DNA of 64,000 nt. Source: Hormiphora californensis (taxonomy: Eukaryota; Animalia; Ctenophora). The stretch covers positions 5,952,001 through 6,016,000 of the forward strand of contig CM035356.1 of assembly GCA_020137815.1 (NCBI GenBank), read 5' to 3'. Below are positions 57,949-64,000 of the stretch, piece by piece. The position numbers and the translations under genes are program-made. Below the pieces are notes generated by a model. The model ran no database searches. It was not told the origin of the DNA and worked only from the letters and a program-made list of their open reading frames with translations. Position 1 is the stretch's first letter, and each line of letters begins with the position of its first letter.

Positions 57949-60900
57949 CCGTTGTAGGGAGATTCAGGGTTGGCTGAGCTATAAATAATCTGGTTCCGTG
58001 TCCGACTATTCTTCCCCTTGTTTCTATTATACTCACTATTAACCGCAATAAGAGCAGTTTCCAGCCTGTTCTCAGACAACAAGGGACTCGCTGTGGGAGG
58101 GGGGGGTTAACAAGGGTCTCACTGTGGGAGGGAGGGGGTTAACAGAGGATCTCCTGTGGGAGGAGGGGGTTAACAGAGGACCTTGTCATTGGGAGGGAGG
58201 GGGGTAAAAGGACTCACTGAGGGAGGAAGGGGTTAACAGGGACTCGCTGTGGGAGGAGGGGTTAACAAGGGGACCTGAGGGGGGGGTTAACAGAGGACTC
58301 ACTGTAGGGAGGGGGTTTAACAAGGGACTCCCTGTGGGAGGGAGGGGGTTAATAGAGGACTCACTGAGGGAGGAAGGGGGTTAACAAGGGACTCGCTGTG
58401 GGAGGGAGGGGGTTAACAGAGGACCCACTGAGGGAGGGGGTTAACAGAGGACTCCCTGTGGGAGGGAGGGGGTTAACAAGGGACTCACTGGTGGAGGGGG
58501 GTTAACAAGGGACTCACTGTGGGAGGGAGGGGGTTAACAAGGACTCCTGTGTGGGAGGGAGGGTTAACAAGGGACTCACTGTGGGAGGGAGGGGTTAACA
58601 AGGGACTCACTGTGGGAGGAGGGGGTTAACAGAGGACTCGCTGTGGGAGGGAGGGGGTTAACAGAGGACTCACTGTGGGAGGGGGGTTAACAGAGGACTC
58701 GCGGGGGAGGGAGGGGTTAACAGGGACTCGCTTGGGAGGAGGGGGTTAAAAGAGGACTCGCGTGGGAGGGAGGGGGTTAACAGAGGACGCCTGTGGGGAG
58801 GGGGTTAACAAGGGACTCGCTGTGGGAGGGAGGGGGTTAACAGAGGACTCACTGTGGGAGGGAGGGGGTTAACAGAGGACTCGCTGTGGGAGGGAGGGGG
58901 TTAACAGAGGACGCACTTTGGGGGAGGGGTTAACAAGGACTCGCTGTGGGAGAGAGGGGTTAACAGAGGACTCGCTGTGGGAGGGAGGGGTTGACGAGGC
59001 CTCGCTGTGGGAGGGAGGGGTTACAAGGACTCGCTGCTGTGGGAGGAGGGGGTTAACAGAGGACTCGCTGTGGGAGGGAGGGGGGGGTTACAGAGGACTC
59101 GCTGTGGGAGGGGAGGGGGTTAACAGAGGACTCGCTGTGGGAGGGAGGGGGTTAACAAGGGACTCGCTGAGGGAGGGAGGGGGTTAACAGAGGACTCACT
59201 GTGGGAGGGAGGGGGTTTACAGAGGACTCACTGTGGGAGGAGGGGGTTAACAGAGGACTCGCTGTGGGAGGGAGGGGGTTAACAGAGGACTCACTGTGGG
59301 AGGGAGGGGGTTAACAAGGGACTCGCTGTGGGAGGGAGGGGGTTAACAGAGGACTCGCTGTGGGAGGGAGGGGGTTAACAGAGGACTCGCTGTGGGAGGG
59401 AGGGGTTAACAGAGGACTCCTGTGGGAGGGAGGGTTACAGGGACTCACTTGTGGGGGGAGGGGTTAACAAGGACTCGCTGTGGGAGGGAGGGGGTTAACA
59501 GAGGACTCACTGTGGGAGGGAGGGGTTAACAGAGGACTCGCTGTGGGAGGGAGGGGGTTAACAGAGGACTCGCTGTGGGAGGGAGGGGTTAAACAGGGAC
59601 TCCTGTGGGAGGGAGGGGGTTAACAAAGGGACTCACGTGGAAGGGAGGGTTTAACAGAGGACTCCTGTGGAGGGAGGGGGTTAACAAAGGACTCGCTGTG
59701 GAGGGAGGGGTTAACAGAGGACTCGCTGTGGGGGGAGGGGTTAAAAAGGAACTCGCTGTGGGAGGGAGGGGTTAACAGAGGACTCGCTGTGGGAGGAGGG
59801 GTTCAATAGAGGTACTCGCTGTGGAAGGAGGGGGTTACAAGGACTCCTGTGGAGGGGGGGGTTAACAGAGGACTCAGAGGGAGGGAGGGAGGGGTTGCAG
59901 ATTTAACTGGGACAAAAGTAACAAAAATATCAGGGTTGGGTTCTACTAAGGGGTAACTAAATAAGTTGGTTAATGAATTATTAAATAAATGAAGTTGAAT
60001 ACCATTAGGGTAAACCGGGGCAAAATGGTTACTTGTTTACTTAATATCGGTTTTCTCACTCATTTAAAAAAAGAGACAACTGGAAAAACTTATATAGGAT
60101 TAAAGTTTCACTTATTTTTAATCTTTCAAATAAGATAATTTCAACTATAGGGAACCAGTCATGTACTTAACTAAATAACTAATTGAAAATTTTGGTCGGA
60201 AATTTGGTACCGGGGCATTCGAGCACAACCATAGAGAGTGCTTTTATTTCGTCACGTGGGAGTCCGTGAACGTCCTCACAACACCAGACAGAAGATTCCC
60301 GCTGGGTGTTGTTAGAGGTGGGGGCACTTTCGAACAATTAATCTACCGCAATCTACACGCTGGTCGTTTTCTGCCTCGAATTGCCCCGGTACTCACCGTG
60401 ATCACGTGGTCAAAACTGTACATCATTGCCCGGGAGTTAACCAAATTGCCCCGTGTGTGTAAAAAACCAATTGCCCATGTTTCGAATTGCCCCGTTTTCG
60501 AAATTCCGATTACCCCGTATCTTTAATTTACCAAAGAATTTGGAATGAAAACATGCTAATTTCAAATATTTTTATACCATCTGAAAGCTGATATTATTAG
60601 CTTTCAGCTGGTTTTTTCAATCGGAAATTGACCAACTTACCTCATCTAGAGCCATTTAGTGTTAACGGCATGCTCGAACGAGCAGTTTCTTCTGGAGATA
60701 GATACGGTCATTATGATACTTAAACTAGGTGAGAGACGGCATACTATGGTTCGAATTGCCCCAGTTGTTTCGAATTGCCCCGGTTTACCCTAACTTACAT
60801 ATAAAGCTGGAGAGCATCTTGGCAGCACGAACCCAGGCATAAGTTGGTACCTGAGGAGAGAAGATTGATTAGATCCACTTGTTATAGCAAGGGGCAGCGT

Positions 60901-61371
60901 GATACCAATGGGGGTATTATAATAGTACTCGGAATACTGGCGGGATACTTAGGGTTGAGTAAGTGATATTTTAACTGACCATAATAAAATATTCTGGCTA
61001 GGGTCCAGCCACCTAAAGTTATCAACTCAAGCCCTCGAGTTATAATGCTCAACATCCTAATATCCGAAGTCCAATAATTTTAAATACCGGCCAAGGAGAT
61101 AATGTTAGGAATTTGCCTACTGCGAAGAAGGACCGACCAAATACTGAGAGAAATTCCCTAATATAATTGGAATTGTTATGATCTAACCCTCCTTTATACG
61201 GGCGTGGCGAAGAGGGTTAGAAGGTCAAAAATTGGTGTTACAACACATTCACCCCCCCCCCTGCAGACAAACCTACCGTGAAGTAGTAGTAGGTGTAAGT
61301 GAATCCGGTGCGCATCCTCCTCCCCCGCTTCCCCGCTTCGACACATACTTATCAGCGTCAGTCAGATGGAC
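57949..61371 (-). CDS. M16A variable cassette D (partial; 5' part in low-quality sequence)
   Basis: Exon 60850-60799 (VPTYAWVRAAKMLSSFI) joins 58090-57949 (SSPLLSENRLETALIAVNSEY...ANPESPYN-GG|GTACGT, phase 2). Exon 61371-61277 (ADKYVSKRG..TGFTYTYYYFT) has an apparent frameshift. Confidence 0.75.
58083..59895. repeat. ~32-bp G-rich minisatellite containing the acceptor of the last cassette D exon
   Basis: Unit TTAACAGAGGACTCGCTGTGGGAGGGAGGGGG. The minus strand reads CCCTCCCTCCCACAG|CGAGTCC. Confidence 0.95.
60008..60790. mobile_element. Non-autonomous TIR element (TA flanks)
   Basis: GGGTAAACCGGGGCAA ... TTGCCCCGGTTTACCC, with internal subterminal TTCGAATTGCCCC repeats. Confidence 0.8.
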
Positions 61372-62699
61372 CTGGAGGAGAGTGGTTTTGGTTAACATGG
61401 CTCCCAATCACCACTGATATGACACAATACACTTACACCTTAAAGCAGTAATACAAATCTTGGCTACCCAAGAAAAACGTGGTAGTGAAAAACAACGTTC
61501 CTCTTTTGCAAACAAGAATTATTGCATTATGTATTCATAATGCGGTTTTCCCCTGCCCTCCATCATCACCTTTAAAAAATTCAAGGTTTGGCCCAATTTT
61601 GGTAAATCTCGATGTTACTTCTAACATCAAAAATAAAACTTAGAAACAGCAACCAAACCCCAAAACCTCATTTCATAAATTACCATTTTCGACTCGCAAG
61701 TTAAGGTAAACAAAACGAAACCGCTTCGCCAACGATTTTCTATAAGGAAACGGCGGGGCTTTGTATTTCTGTCCAGTTAGCGCCGCGCCCAATTTGAAAA
61801 ATAAGCGTCCTCCATCTTTTTTCAATCAAAACATTATTTGATTTGATAAAGGAGCGCACCCAGCGTTGTCAGGCGTTGTCCGTGACGGGGGACGGACGGC
61901 GACTTTAGTTAACCCCCCAGATCTGCTGTTTTTAAAAACCCGAAGATTTTTTTTTTAGCACGTCGTGCTAAAAAATCTCCCGGGTGGATGCCCTTCGGGC
62001 TCCCCCCGGGGGCAGGAAAAAATTAAGAGAATTTAAAAAAAAGGGGTTTGGGAAGTGTGTGTTTCATGCAGGATGTAATGCCCCCCCCCCCCTATGTAAT
62101 TTACCTTGGTAACGGTTTGATCCCAAAAGAGATGTCTCTAGAATGCTCGTCCGGTATCTCTTTAGGGTTCACCCAAAGTGCAGGAGATGTAGTATGGTGG
62201 TATAAATCGGCCAAATAAAAAAAAGAATAACAGAAAAAAACAAAATTTTTGTTTAATTTAAGAAAAAAAAACTAAAAAGTAAAGTAAAAAGTAAAAAAAA
62301 TAAAAAAGTAAAATTAAAAAAAAAAAAATAAAACAAAAAAAAAAAACAAAAAATAAAATAAAACAAAAAAAAAATCAAAAAAAAAAATAAAAAAACTTTT
62401 TTCAAAAAATTTTTTTTTTAGCAAACTTTTTTTGAGCTAACTTTTTTTTAGCTAAAAAATTTTTTTTTTGGGTCCCGGTCGTGGTATAAATCGGGCCCAA
62501 AAGGGCCCAAAAATTAAAGGGGGACCGTTTTTGAAAATTTTTTATCTCCGAAATTAAACAACCCCTGGGCGGGTTTGTACTTGGGGTGGGTGCCAAACCC
62601 ATATCTCTCTCTCTCCCTTCCCCTCTCTCCCCACACACACACCCCTCCTCTCTCTCTCAAAACAAAAACCCCCACTCTCCTCTCACTCTCACGCTCCCC

Positions 62700-62732
<33 letters not shown>

Positions 62733-64000
62733 CTCACTCTCACTCTCTCTCATTCTCTCTCACTTACTCTTCTCACTCTCACTCTTTCCACCTTCTCTCT
62801 CCTCTTTCTCTCTCTCCTCCTCTCTTTTCCTCTCTTTCCTCTCTCCCCCTCTCTCCCCTCTCCTCTCCCCCCCCACCGGGGCCCTCCCCCCCCCCCCCCT
62901 CCCCTCTCAACCAAACCCCGCATTCACCCCCCCCCAAACCCTCCCCCTCCCCCTCCCCTCTCCCCCCCTCTCCCCTCTTTTCTCTCTCCACCCATCCCCC
63001 TCTCATTTCCCCTCTCCCCCCTTTTCCCCCTCCCCCCCACCTCTCTCATTTTCCTCTCCTTTTCTCTCTCCCCTTTCTCTTTTTCTCTCCTCTTTCCCCT
63101 GTTCCCCTCTCTCCTCTCCCTCTTCTCTCTCTCTCTCTCTTCCCTCTCTCCCTTTCTTTTTCTCTCTCTCTTCCCTCCTCTCTCCCTCTCCCCTCCTCCT
63201 CTCTCTCCCCCCTCTCCCCTCTCTCTCTCCCCCTCCCTCTCTCCCCCCCTCCCCTCTCCTTTTTCTCTCTTCCCTTCTTCTCACCAAAGTTTTAAAAAAG
63301 GGAGGGATAGAGAACAAGGAAAAACCCCGGGGGGGGACCGAGGGCAAGGGAAAGGGAGAAAAAAGGGGAAACCCCAAAACAGGGGGACCCCTATAGATAA
63401 ACAAAGGGGGCCCAGAATACAAACCCAGATCGCACCCCGAGGGGAAAAGGGGGGGTGGTGGTGTATGTTTTGTTGTTGGGTTTTGCGGGCGTGCCGCCCC
63501 ACGCCGGGCGGCGGGGCACCTTAACCCCGCGGGGGGGCTCTCTCTCTCTCCCCCTAAAACCCCAAAAATTTCCACCCAAAAATTTTCTTAACAAAAGTGG
63601 GAACCTTAAAATTTTTAAAATAGGCCCGGTTTTCCCCGCGGGCGTGCTCGTGTGGTGGGTGGTTTTTTCCCCGGGGCGCCGGGGTTCCCGCGCGGAAAAA
63701 TTCAGCTCCTTATAACCCAAAGCGAACCCCGGTTTTAAGAAGCGGTTCAAGAAAGTTAAAGGGTCCCCAAAACCAAGCGCCCCTCCCGTAAATTTTCTAA
63801 TTCCTCCTCCCTCCACCGCTCCCTCTCTCTCTCTTAAATTTTTTTTTCTTTTCCCTTATCCCCCCCACCTTTGGGGGAAATAACCAATCAAAAATTTTTT
63901 TTGGGGTTTTTTTTGGGTTTTTGGGGCAAAATGGGGGGGGGGGGTGGGGAGTAAAAATTTTTTTGGATTTTTTTTAAAATCCCGGGGGGGGTTTCCATGC

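Noticed and set aside
62200-64000. Long Pro/Ser/Leu-rich ORFs
   Set aside because: Low-complexity CT/homopolymer sequence typical of poor consensus. The same applies to 49857-50617.

Overview
Eukaryotic, intron-rich animal genomic DNA, most likely a ctenophore (Pleurobrachia-like). This is an inference from two copies of a 44-nt sequence I recall as the ctenophore spliced leader (SL) and from a MITE I recall from Pleurobrachia. Genes I could splice by hand: a compact PWWP + LEDGF/IBD-like gene (+), a five-finger C2H2 gene ~200 bp downstream (+), WDR26 (-), an AQP1-type aquaporin (+), and a large M16A (insulinase/nardilysin-like) metallopeptidase locus (-). The main finding is the M16A locus. 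One set of 17 constant 3' exons (35388-25900) is preceded by at least four divergent alternative 5' cassettes (A 36730-35670, B 47293-46647, C 54766-52621, D >61371-57949). All four end in a phase-2 GT donor at the same homologous codon, in frame with the first constant exon. A, B and C each carry their own cytoplasmic tail and type-II membrane anchor. B and C have intact HXXEH...E zinc sites; A has lost them. This resembles the variable/constant layout of clustered protocadherins or UGT1A, here for a membrane-anchored peptidase. Second, SL-headed retrocopies occur at the window start, including an ORF1-only LINE derivative with SL, tail and TSD. Also present: a young TRIM-like LTR element with an extended tRNA primer-binding site, a CRE-clade retrotransposon fragment, many MITE/foldback elements, and minisatellites containing splice-site-like and RFX X-box motifs. 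Regions ~39.9-45.5 kb, ~50.0-50.45 kb and ~61.5-64 kb look like low-accuracy consensus. All gene models are manual, without transcript evidence.
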